Shown here: piece by piece, positions 12,773-24,700 of the stretch
Layout of the letters: each line of letters starts with the position of its first letter
Position numbering within the stretch: the first letter of the stretch is position 1
Assembly (NCBI RefSeq): GCF_009914755.1
Contig: NC_060926.1
Origin: the human T2T-CHM13v2.0 reference genome, Homo sapiens
Length of the DNA: 64,000 nucleotides
Direction: 5' to 3' (one strand)
Notes under the pieces: model-generated
Databases searched by the model: none
What the model was told of the DNA's origin: nothing
The model's input: the letters and a program-made list of their open reading frames with translations, nothing else
Made by a program: the position numbers and the translations under genes

Positions 12773-15700
12773 GTGATCGGCGCGCGCGGGGGCGGGGGAG
12801 AGATGGGGGAGGAGAGGGGAGGGACCTTAGGGTGGGCAGAGGAGTCCTCTGGCCGACCCCGGGACCCCCCAGATCCAGGGATGAGCTGGGCTGGGGGTTA
12901 CGGAGAAAGAGGGGGGTTTTTGATATTTTCCAGATCCGTAGCCCTCTCTCTTTACAAGCTCTGGGAGCCCAGAGAGGGTGGTTTCTGGGATGCTGACACA
13001 GGCCTGGGAGCAAGGGGAGGGGGCCCGATGGTGTGAGAGCCTGCTGAGCTCCCCCAACTAGGGCTTGGAGTTGGGGTGGGTGTGGGGCCTTCATGGGTCA
13101 GGGGTCCTTAGCAGAGGCCGTCTGGGCCTGCAGGTCCGGGTGCCCTTGGAGGAGCCCCCTCTAAGTCCAGACGTGGAGGAGGAGGACGATGACTTGGGCA
13201 AGACCTTGGCTGTGAGCAGGTTTGGGGACCTCATCAGCAAGCCCCCGGCCTGGGACCCCGAGAAGCCCAGCCGCAGCTACAGCGAGCGGGACTTTGAGTG
13301 TGGGTAGCCTGGGGACCCCTAGTGCGGCCGCCCTCGCCACCATCACCTTCATCGCCACCATCACCGCGCTCACCTCCGGCTTGGTCACCCAGTGCCATCC
13401 TGTGCCGGACACTGTGCTGGACTCTGTGCTGGGCCACATGCCGTGTTCAGTCATCCTGCCTCCCCCACCCATCGCCTGTCCGCCTGCCTGGGGAGGTGGG
13501 CCCCAGACCAGGGGAGATCTAGGGAGCTGGGCCTGGGCCCTTCCACGGTGACCTTCCCCTTCCCCTTCGTCCCCACTCACTCCCTCCTTGTCCCACCTCG
13601 GCTAGTCCAACTCCGCCTTTCCCCTCCTTGCTGTATCACGTCTCCCCTCCCAGCCCCCTTCATGACCTTCCCTGTCCATCCACCCTCTCCTCCCACTCCA
13701 CCAGACCTCATCAATGACAGGCACGTGGACACAGGTGTTGGGGGGTCATGGCCCTGGAGGAAGGACTAGGGTGCCCTTGTTTGCGGCCTTGAGCTGGAAG
13801 GTGTGTGCCCTCGGGTGGGGAGGGCCCCTGTTTCTGCTGTGGGGGCCTCAACCGGATCTCCTGCACCCCCAGTTCACCGGCACACATCCCACCACACCCA
13901 CCACCCGCTCTCAGCGCGCCTGCCTCCACCCCACAAGCTGCGGCGGCTGCCCCCCACCTCTGCCCGGCACACCAGGAGAAAGAGGAAGAAGGAGAAAACC
14001 TCTGCTCCTCCCTCCGAGGGGACCCCTCCCATCCAGGAGGAGGGGGGAGCTGGAGTGGATGAGGAAGAGGAGGAAGAGGAGGAAGAGGAAGGAGAATCTG
14101 AGGCAGAACCTGTGGAGCCCCCCCCCTCAGGGACCCCACAGAAGGCAAAGGTAGGGGCTTCCCTTTGGAGGGGTGGCAGGTCAGGGGTCAGGGAGGGGTA
14201 CAGAGAGGAGGAGAGGAGTGCGTGTTGGGGGCCTGTGTGAGGCTGGGTAGGGTTGGGGGCTGTATGGTAGGTCGGGGCAAGGCCCCAGGGCACATTCTAT
14301 GTCTGCAGTTCTCCATTGGAAGTGACGAGGATGACAGTCCAGGCCTCCCTGGGAGGGCTGCTGTCACCAAGCCCCTGCCCTCGGTGGGCCCACACACTGA
14401 CAAGAGCCCCCAGCACTCCAGCAGGTACTGGCTGCAGCCTCTACTCAGCAGGGCCCAGCCCAGAGCCACAGGGTCCAGAGCTCCTGGCAGTCACCTCCTT
14501 CCTGACCCTGGGGAGTGTCCCCAGCTCTGACCCTGAGAAAAGAGGAGCAGGGTGTGGGAGGGGGGTGGGGATCCTTCTCTGTCCTCATGATTTACAAGGA
14601 GGAGAGAACAAGGGGGGGGGAGAAAAACAGAGAAGAGCAGAGTGAAGAGGTTAGGAGTTCCCCAGGAGAGAGTGACAGAGTAGAGAGGGTGAGGAGAAAG
14701 GTGGAGGAAAGGGGGAGCCACGGGATGGGGAGGGGGCCTGGGTCAGCATCCTTTGCTGCCCAGGAGGGGCCTGGGTCTCATGCTCAGGGTCTACTCCAGG
14801 CCGTGCTCTGAGCTGAGGGACGGTGATGGAACCACCGACCTGGCCCTGTCAAGTCCAAGGCTGCTGTGTTGCCTCCCCAGCTCCCCCAGCCCCCGGGCCC
14901 GGGCCTCCCGACTCGCTGGGGAGAAAAGCCGGCCCTGGAGCCCATCGGCCAGTTATGACCTGCGGGAGCGACTGTGCCCAGGCAGTGCCCTGGGCAACCC
15001 AGGTGGTCCAGAGCAGCAGGTGCCCACAGATGAGGCGGAGGCCCAGATGCTGGGTTCTGCAGACCTGGACGACATGAAGAGTGAGTGAGACCTTGTGGCA
15101 GCCCCCATGGTCCACTGCGACGGACTCCCAGCCTGCGAGTGACCTTGGAGAGGCTCTGAGCTGTCCCCTGCTCAGGGCTGAGTCCTCTCTGAATCCCTGT
15201 CTGCTGGGATGTGGCCAGTGATGGGGACCTCACTACCTCACCCAGCCACCCTCTCTGACGGCCAGAGCTGAGATTTCCTTTCCTGACACCTCACGCCTCA
15301 GTCCTGATTCTGTCCTCTGAGTCACCCCTAGAAAAAGGCAGCTCTCTTTTTCACATTACTGTATCCCTCCCCAAGGCCCCTCTTCTCGGGGTGAACTCTC
15401 TGTCTCCTCTTTGATCCCCTCCAAACCAGGCCCTGAGTCTGAGCCATTGCTCCGGACCCCTGCCTCTCCCTGTGTCAGGACCCTTCACTCCCATCCCACT
15501 ACCCTTGGGGGGGGCCTGGCTGTGATCTCGGCACATTCCTTCCATCTTATCAGTGCCCTGGTTTCTGTGCCACCTGTCATCACCCGTGGGGCTCTGTGCC
15601 CAGGCCAGGGGCATCACTGATCCCTCCCCCTCCTCCGAGCCACAGTGTGTGGGTGGGGTGGGGGGAAGGGTAGGGCTTTGAGCTCAATACGTCATGGAAA

Positions 15701-18700
15701 GTTGCCAGGGCCTGAGGACAGGGACAGGAACAATCCGATGGCAGCAGTAGCAGCAGGATGGGGGGTGGGGGAGGGCGTGTTTACAGACCCAGGGTGGGGG
15801 CTGGATGCCGCAGGGAGCAGGCTTGTGGACTTGGGGAGTTGGGGTCGGGAGGCTGTGCCACCTTCAGCTCTGGTTGGACAGAAGCCACCCCGTCCAGGCT
15901 CCCACCTTGTAGGAGAGCCGAGGGGTCTGGTAGGGAGCGGAGGCCGAGGTCTCGGCCACCGGGAGAATGACGAGCCCACTGGAGAAGGACCCTGAGCCCA
16001 ATGGGGCACTGAGCCCTGGGCCTGGGGATACCAATAGCTGGGGCTTTGGGAGGGATCCAGCCCCCAGTCCTCGAGACTCACTGGCCCCGGAAGACTTAGA
16101 GATGTTTGTGCTGGACTTTGAGGATGGTGACCTGTGGGAGTCCATCAGGGGCCAGCTGGGCCCCATGGCAGGGCCACCAACTTGTGAGTAACGGGGCTGC
16201 TGGCCTTTCCCCGACTGCTGCTGGCCTGGGTGGGGCAGACAGGAGGAAGGGAGCGAAGCCCTGCCTGAGTCTACTGGGCTGTGTACCTTCGGGGAGGGGA
16301 CGTGGGTGTTGAGATAGGGTGCACGGAAAATGTTGGGGGCTCAGTGCCTGGGGACTCTGACTCAGTGCCTGTCATGGGACCCAGATGGAGAAGGAGGGGC
16401 AGTGGCCATGGCAGGGGCTGGAGGGTCTGGCTGGGGCTGTGGACTGAGCTGGGTCTACCTTTGGATTGCATCTTGGCCGGTGGTCCCAGGTGACCATGGG
16501 GAGGTCCTTCCCTCTTTCTGAGCTTCAGTCTTCTTATCAATGAAATGGCCACATGGGATTATGTGGTTCCCGTCGGCATGGCCTGTTGGTGACTGTAGAG
16601 CTCACCAAGTAGATGGGTTGGGCAGAAGGAGCTGGGCCGTGACCCCGAGGGCCCCAGCTGGACCTGTGGGACCCCCAAGCCCATCTTCTCTGCAGGTCAC
16701 CGACTGGAGGACAACCCTGGTGTGCGGCGACACTTAGTGAAAAAGCCCTCCCGGACGCAGGGCGGGAGGGGCAGTCCCAGCGGCCTGGCCCCCATCCTTC
16801 GCAGGAAGAAGAAGAAGAAAAAGCTGGACCGGAGGCCTCATGAGGTCAGGATGCTGACTGGGTGGGCCTGTGGCTTCCTCATGCCCCTCGGCCCCGGAGC
16901 CCTCCTCTCTTTGCCCCCCTGCCTTGCCCCATCACGGTGTTCCCCACACCTGTTGGCCCCTGGGCCCTCACCTTTGGCACGCCCCCCAGGTGTTCGTGGA
17001 GCTGAACGAGCTGATGCTGGACCGCAGCCAGGAGCCCCACTGGCGGGAGACGGCCCGCTGGATCAAGTTTGAGGAGGACGTGGAGGAGGAGACGGAGCGC
17101 TGGGGGAAGCCCCATGTTGCCTCGCTCTCCTTCCGTAGCCTTCTGGAGCTCAGGAGGACCATCGCCCATGGTAGGGACCCCCAGGCCTGGCCCGAGGCTG
17201 CAAGCCCTCTTCAGTCTGTGCCAGGCTGCTCAGTTCCCAGGAACACTCTCTAGAGTCCTGGGCACAGGCAAGATCCAACTGCCACCTGGGACCGTGGGGG
17301 TCCATTTGCCTGGGCAGCCCGTGAGCCCCGAGGGGCAGGGCTGTATCTGGTGCATGCAGTCAGTCAACAAATGGCTTCCCCTTCCTTGGTGGGGAGGGGC
17401 CGTGCCCTCGTTTCCATGCTCCATTTTCACGGCCCCTCTCTGACTGGCCTGTGGCAATATGGAGCTGTGTATCCATCTGGGTACATTGGGCGCTTTGCCC
17501 TTCCAGCACATTCGCATGCTTTTGGGGGGCAAGGCAGAGTGGGAGGAGATTTTTCCTGTCTGATGGGACTGTGCCCTCTCTGTGCCTGACTGTCCCCCTA
17601 GGAGCTGCCCTCCTGGACCTGGAGCAAACCACCCTGCCAGGCATTGCACACCTCGTGGTGGAGACCATGATTGTGTCTGACCAGATCCGGCCGGAGGACA
17701 GGGCCAGCGTCCTACGTACCCTGCTACTGAAGCACAGGTGCCGGGGTGGGTCCCTGGGAGGGGCCTGTCCAGCTCAGCTGCCCTTCCAGGAGCACATCCT
17801 CTTCCAAGTGGCTCCCAGCCTCTGCTTGAATGCCACAAGTGACAGAGAGCTCATTTCTATCTTTTGACACTTTCAATCATTATAAAGTTTCTTTTTACAC
17901 TGAGGCAGAGGGATGGAGGTCCTGACCCTCCACTACTCACCTCATGACCTCAGTCTACCATGAGCCTCTCCTCCTCACCTGCCTCACCCTGCCCCTTCCA
18001 GCCATCCCAACGATGACAAGGACAGTGGCTTCTTTCCCCGAAACCCATCGAGCTCCAGCATGAACTCGGTTCTGGGGAATCATCACCCAACTCCCAGCCA
18101 TGGCCCTGATGGGGCGGTGCCTACCATGGCTGATGACCTGGGGGAGCCAGCCCCACTCTGGCCACATGACCCTGACGCCAAGGAGGTCAGTGCCCTTGCT
18201 TTGGCTTGGGCCAGGGGACTGAGAGGGTGTCCAGTTTCAGTCGAGGTCATCGACGACTTCACTGAGTGGGTTGGGAAGGTTGGATTGCTGGCATCATGCT
18301 GGGCATTCGGGGACCTAGAGGAGACCCGCATGAGGGGTCCCTGCCCTGAGACGCAGGAGTTTTGAATGTGATGATGTGGCAGACCCACAGGAGCTGTTTA
18401 AACAAGATAAGGCTGAGGTGGTAGTTGGGGACATCGAGGCAGGGTCCACATCCCAGCTGGTGGCTCCCAGTGTGGGGCCACAGTGCAGTACCTGCCTACT
18501 CTGGGAGGGAGAAGCAGGTCTCAGAGCCAGGGCTGGAGCCAGGGCTGGGAGGGCCTGCCACGGCCTCCGGTCTGGGTCCCAGCCCTATTCCAGTTCTGCG
18601 TCCTCAGAAGCCCCTCCACATGCCTGGGGGAGATGGTCACCGGGGGAAAAGCCTGAAGCTGCTGGAGAAGATCCCTGAAGATGCTGAGGCCACGGTTGTG

Positions 18701-21700
18701 CTTGTGGGTGAGGAGGGCCGGGCGCCGGGGGCAGGGTCTGCAGTGTGTGTGTGCCTCTCCTGGGGGCCTGCTTGTCTGAGCTCTGGCCTCGAGGCCGCCT
18801 CTTCCATCTCCCTCCAGGCTCCCACCTGGTCCCTGCTCTTCCTCACAACCTGTCTTAGCCCAGCCCTTTCTTTCGTAGTCCCCTGCCTGCTTCCTGTCCA
18901 GTTTTCTGCTATCTTGGAGTTGGAATTAGAAAAAAAAGCAACACTTCTTTAATACCCTGAGTTTCCATCTGTTGGCGAATTGTAATCAATGTGTAGACAC
19001 ATAAGCGAATAGTGCCCTTTTAGACTGGGGTTTCTTTGCGCAGTTTACAACCTGCTCAACTGTCCATGATAGCCCTAGATAGCTGCCCCAGGGCCTGCCT
19101 TGACTGCTTCTCTTTGCCCAGCGCCCTGTGCTTTCCTCTTCCCCTAGGTTGTGTGCCTTTCTTGGAGCAGCCTGCAGCAGCCTTCGTGCGTCTGAATGAG
19201 GCTGTACTCCTGGAGTCTGTGCTTGAGGTCCCTGTCCCGGTCCGCTTCCTCTTCGTGATGCTGGGGCCCAGCCACACCAGCACTGACTATCACGAGCTTG
19301 GGCGCTCCATTGCCACCCTTATGTCTGACAAGGTTGGGCGCGTGCTGGCTCTCAAGGCCTCTTCTCCTAGGCCCTGCTTACCCCTGTCCCTCATTGTCCA
19401 CAGTGGTGCCCATAGAGGCAAGGGTGCTAGAGGCCCCTGGGTGGAGGCCATGCCCTGGAGGGTGGTGGGGGGAGCTGTTGGCCCAGGGGAGAAGAGAGAG
19501 CCTTGGGCTGTGGCTGTGGGAGGGTCTGGTGACATAAGGGGAAAAGCCCAGACCCCAGAGCTTTGGATGTGATGTGAGACTTGATCAGGAGGGCTGGATG
19601 CGCTGGTCTTTGCTGTGGCTTCTCCTGGGATTAGATAGGAGGGTCCTTTAGCCAGGGGCAACGTTCACAATATTTATCAGCCTGTAAGGTGTAGCTGATC
19701 CAATTGGAATGGCTCTGGAAGCCCCTGCTCTGCCAGGTGTTATCCCTTTAGTTGCTGCATGTGGAAGTCTGGCATCTCCTGGGGGAATGGAGGGCACCTG
19801 GGGCTTTGGGGCAGTGGCTTGCTGGCCTGCAGGGATGGGTGTCAGTGTTCCAACAGCCAACACTGTTGGACTGGCCCAGTATCTACGACTGAATGTCCAC
19901 CCTGCCTGTAGCTCAGTGACCCAACACCCGCCTCAAGTCTCCCTCCTGGAGGCTCCCTTGGCTGTCCCTGAGGGTCCTGGCCCTCTCATTGCCCCCAGCT
20001 GTTTCATGAGGCTGCCTACCAGGCAGATGACCGGCAAGACCTCCTAAGTGCCATCAGCGAGTTCCTGGATGGCAGCATTGTGATCCCCCCGTCCGAGGTG
20101 GAGGGCCGTGACCTGCTGCGCTCCGTGGCTGCTTTCCAGCGAGAGCTGCTTAGGAAGCGGCGAGAGCGTGAACAGACCAAAGTCGAGATGACCACACGGG
20201 GTGGCTACACGGCCCCTGGGAAAGGTCAGACCCTTGGAGGCTGAGTGCCCCCAATACACACTCCCCCATCCCAGGGCCCTAAGGCTGTGACCCCAGCCCC
20301 GTCCTGACTCCTGGAGTCCTTTGCATCCCTGATCCCAACAGCCCGGGGCCTCCGAGCCAGAGGGAGTGGTCTGTGCCCCAGCAGCCCCTTGTTCCCCCAG
20401 AACTGTCTTTGGAGTTGGGGGGCTCTGAGGCGACCCCTGAAGATGACCCCTTGCTGCGGACGGGCTCGGTATTTGGGGGGCTTGTGCGGGATGTGAGGCG
20501 CCGGTACCCGCACTACCCCAGTGACCTGCGAGATGCGCTGCACTCCCAGTGTGTGGCCGCTGTGCTCTTCATCTACTTCGCAGCCCTCAGCCCTGCCATC
20601 ACCTTCGGGGGGCTGCTGGGTAAGGGACTGGGGCTTGGGGAGTTGAGGGGCTCCTCTAGTCACTTCTGGTCCCAGTGTCACTTGCAGGATTCTGGGTCTG
20701 GGTGTGATCACATTAGGGGGCCAATGGTTAGATGTGCTAGCAAAGGTGTAAGCACCTTACAGAGATGCTGGATCAGGGAATCCCAGCGATCACCTTTGGG
20801 GAGCTATAAAGTGAGGGTGTGGGAGAGGTGTAAGGGATGAGGGATCCTGTGATCACCATTGGGGGCTAGTGGGGAGGGTTTGGGAGCAATGGGGTATGGA
20901 AGGGGCCCTGTGTGTCACTCTAAGGGGCTGCTCTGCTTTTGTTGGGGGCCCCAGTTTAGGACAAGCTAGATGAAGAAGGGGGCAGATAGACAGAGCCAGG
21001 CTAGGGCCATCCTACCCGTGCTATGGCAGGAGAGAAGACCGAGGGGCTGATGGGCGTGTCCGAGCTGATCGTGTCCACCGCTGTGCTCGGCGTCCTCTTC
21101 TCTCTGCTGGGAGCTCAGCCGCTGCTTGTGGTTGGCTTCTCTGGGCCGCTGCTTGTGTTTGAGGAAGCCTTCTTCAAGGTGAGGCGAAGCCTTGCCCTGC
21201 TCCATCCATCCTGCCCCACACTCTTCCTTACCTACATCCTGCCCCACACTCTTCCTTACCTACATCCTGCCCCACACTCTTCCTTACCTAGGGGATGGGT
21301 CCCTGCATTCTCCCTCTTCCTCGGAGTTCATCCGCTGCCTATTCCAGGGGGCATTGACACCCAGGGCAGTCCACCTGTGGGTAACGACCGCTCCTACCCC
21401 CACCTAGTTCTGCCGAGCCCAGGACCTGGAGTACCTCACTGGCCGGGTGTGGGTTGGTCTCTGGCTGGTGGTCTTCGTCCTTGCCCTGGTGGCCGCCGAA
21501 GGCAGCTTCCTGGTCCGCTACATCTCGCCTTTCACCCAGGAGATCTTTGCCTTTCTCATCTCACTCATTTTCATCTACGAGACCTTCTACAAGCTCTACA
21601 AGGTGGAGGTCCAGCGAGGTCTTGGGGGTGGCAGAGATGGAGGTGGACATTGCCCTGGGGAGGACAGCATGGGAGGGGGAGGTATGGAGAACTAGGGGAC

Positions 21701-24700
21701 AAGGAGAGGGACTGTGTTGGGAGTGAGGGGTTCTAGGGACACCCTAGGCTAGGTCTGAGCTGAAGGGGAGGGAGTCAGACCCAGGGGGTGGGTGCCAGGT
21801 CACGACTCCAAGCACCTGGTTGGAGGCTTAGTAATAAGGACTCACTTGCACAGGTATGTGATGGGGAGGGAGCTGTCAGTGCTAAGGGGCTGGGTGTCCT
21901 TGGGTCACCTTTTGTAGAGGAGTGTGTGTGTGTGTGTGGGTGTGGGTGTGGTGTGAGTATGGTGTGTTGTGTGTGATGTATGTGTTGTGTGTGTGTGCGT
22001 GTGTGTGCCTGTGTGTGCATGTTGTGTGTGTTGTGTGTATGTATGTTGCGTGTGTGGTGTGTATGTGGTATGTTGTGTTTTTTTTGTGTTGTATGTGTTA
22101 TGTGTGTGTTGTTACGTGTTGTGTGTGTTGTATGTGTGTGTTTTGTGTGTTCTGTGTGTTGTGTGTGTGGTGCAGCTGGATGTCCGTGCATTACTGTTGT
22201 CTGACCAGGTATTGAGGGGCCACCCTCTCTCTCACAGGTGTACTGATGACGATGAAGTCAGGTCACCTGCCAGGTGAGTGACAAGGCATCCTTGTTATCC
22301 ACACACAGGTGTTCACAGAGCACCCACTGCTGCCGTTCTACCCCCCTGAGGGGGCCCTGGAGGGGTCCCTGGCTGCTGGTCTGGAGCCAAATGGCAGTGC
22401 CCTGCCCCCCACCGAGGGCCCCCCCAGCCCGAGGAACCAGCCCAATACGGCACTGCTCTCACTCATCCTCATGCTCGGGACCTTCTTCATAGCCTTCTTC
22501 CTGCGCAAGTTCAGGAACAGCCGCTTCCTGGGGGGCAAGGTGCGTGGCTGCTGGGTGTGGAGCCCCCAAGAGTCCCACAATTCCTGCTGTAGGAGCTCCC
22601 CAGAGAGGCTGCACCCCTTCCCCGGTCAGCCCATGGACCAAAACCCAGCTCGGGCAGCCCCTCACCCCTTCGGAAGCCTCTTCCCTGGGTGTCTTCTTGC
22701 CCTTTGCTCAGAGAAGTCTAATCAAGACAACAGCCTCCCAGGCTGCGCTGGCACCTGTGGGGTTGAGAGGCACGTGGGGGGCCTTCTGGCTCCAGCTTGG
22801 ACCCAGGCAGGGCCAGAGATGGCAAGCCCCGTGTTAGTCTGCTGACCTTGCCTCCACCTTTTGCTCCCTTCCCCAACTGGCCCCTCTCAAGGCTCGTCGC
22901 ATCATCGGGGACTTTGGCATCCCCATCTCCATCCTGGTGATGGTCCTGGTGGATTACTCCATCACAGACACCTACACGCAGGTGAGGGAGCCCCAGCCTG
23001 TGGCAGCTGCTGTCACCCCCAGGCCAGGAGAGGGAGCCCACAACACACTTCCATGGGCCCTGGGATTGGGATCAGGCCTGAACTCAACTTTCCCAGTGGA
23101 GTGGCCGCCCTGGGGGCTGAGGGCCTTCCCCAGGGAGCCTGAGTGATGAATCCGGGAGAAGCAGGTGTGGGGCTGGGAGCAGAATGACAGTATCCCACAC
23201 AGGTCCCCTGAAGCTCTGGGGCTCAGGGAGGAGGCGCTTCATTTCCCTGCCCTCTATTGGATCCTTGAAAGGACAGTGACTTCTGGAGGATGCAAAACTA
23301 ATTTTCCCCTGACCTGTTCACACCCCAGCTCCCTGAAGTCCTGGACTGGGGACGCAGCTTAGTGGGCTGCTTGGTGGGCTTTCTAGCATGGGGAGGCTGT
23401 GTCCCTGAACCCTGTTTTCCTGCCATGCAGAAGCTGACAGTGCCTACAGGGCTCTCAGTGACCTCTCCCGATAAGCGCTCGTGGTTCATCCCACCCCTGG
23501 GCAGTGCCCGTCCTTTCCCGCCGTGGATGATGGTGGCAGCCGCTGTTCCCGCCCTCCTCGTCCTCATCCTGATCTTCATGGAGACACAGATCACGGCGTG
23601 AGAGAGATGGGAGGAGGAGGTGGGAGGGACGAGGCCAAGCTCCTTGGCTCCTTGGCTTGGTTTCAGGGTTATAGCAGGGACATCATTATCAGTATCAGGG
23701 TGCTGGGTGGTGGGAGCTGGTGGCAATCCTTGAGGAAGAGAGTGTGTGTGGAGGAGCTGGCAGGGGTGAGGAGGAGGTGGGGGAGGAGCAGAGAGCAGTG
23801 GCATCCGGGGCAGGGGCATGGTTTCCCCGTGATGGTTTGACATGACATCTATCTGTTGCCACCACTCTTTGCAGGGTGGCACTTGACAGTGCTCAGAACA
23901 CTCTAGCAGTCTAAGCTTGCACCCAGGGATGCTCACATGTATCTAATTTTGGTTAAACCACAATAACGTGGTAAGATCTGGCATCTGGCTTTTGTGGTGT
24001 TTTAAATATTCACAGTATGAGAATTTGTCTCACATTTGCTTCAATGTGAGAACTTCAATTTGGGAACTTGAAAGAAGAAGCTGGCAGTCCTAGGGAGAAC
24101 TGTTGTCTGCACGTCCTCCCCCCACCATCTCGTCTCTGTGTGCGTGCCTGTCTTTGTCCCCTGCCCCTGCCAGGCCAGCCACACCCCGCTCCCCACCTTC
24201 TCCCTGCAGGCTTATCGTCAGCCAGAAGGCGCGGAGGCTGCTCAAGGGCTCCGGTTTCCACCTGGACCTGCTCCTCATTGGCTCCCTGGGGGGGCTCTGT
24301 GGGCTGTTTGGGTTGCCCTGGCTCACGGCTGCCACGGTCCGCTCCGTCACCCATGTCAATGCGTTGACAGTGATGCGTACTGCCATCGCGCCTGGTGACA
24401 AGCCCCAGATCCAGGAGGTGCGGGAGCAGCGGGTCACTGGTGTGCTCATCGCCAGCCTCGTGGGTGAGAGCCCGCCTCCACCCTGCACACCCCCTTCCTT
24501 GGGCCCCACGGTCTTACATCTTCACTATCCCAGGCTTGACCCTGAATCTCCCAATGTGCTGTGTGTTGCCCTCAATCTGACCCCCAAACCTGCTTCCCAG
24601 CACTCCCCTAGCCCTTTACTCCTGGAGTCCTTTTCTGGCTCTCTGTCCTGCCCCCTCTTCTCTCTCTTTTTTTTTGAGACGGAGTCTCGCTCTGTCACCC

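Larger units (their letters stand above)
12080..12900. promoter_or_regulatory. SLC4A3: CpG island / SLC4A3 full-length (brain) promoter
   Basis: Very high GC and CpG density; GC box GGGGCGGGG 12214-12222 abutting AP-1 TGAGTCA 12223-12229; Inr-like CCCATT near 12246; no TATA box. Confidence 0.9.

Noticed and set aside
21775-22277. Cys/Val-rich and His/Thr-rich ORFs
   Set aside because: Translation of the (TG)n tract
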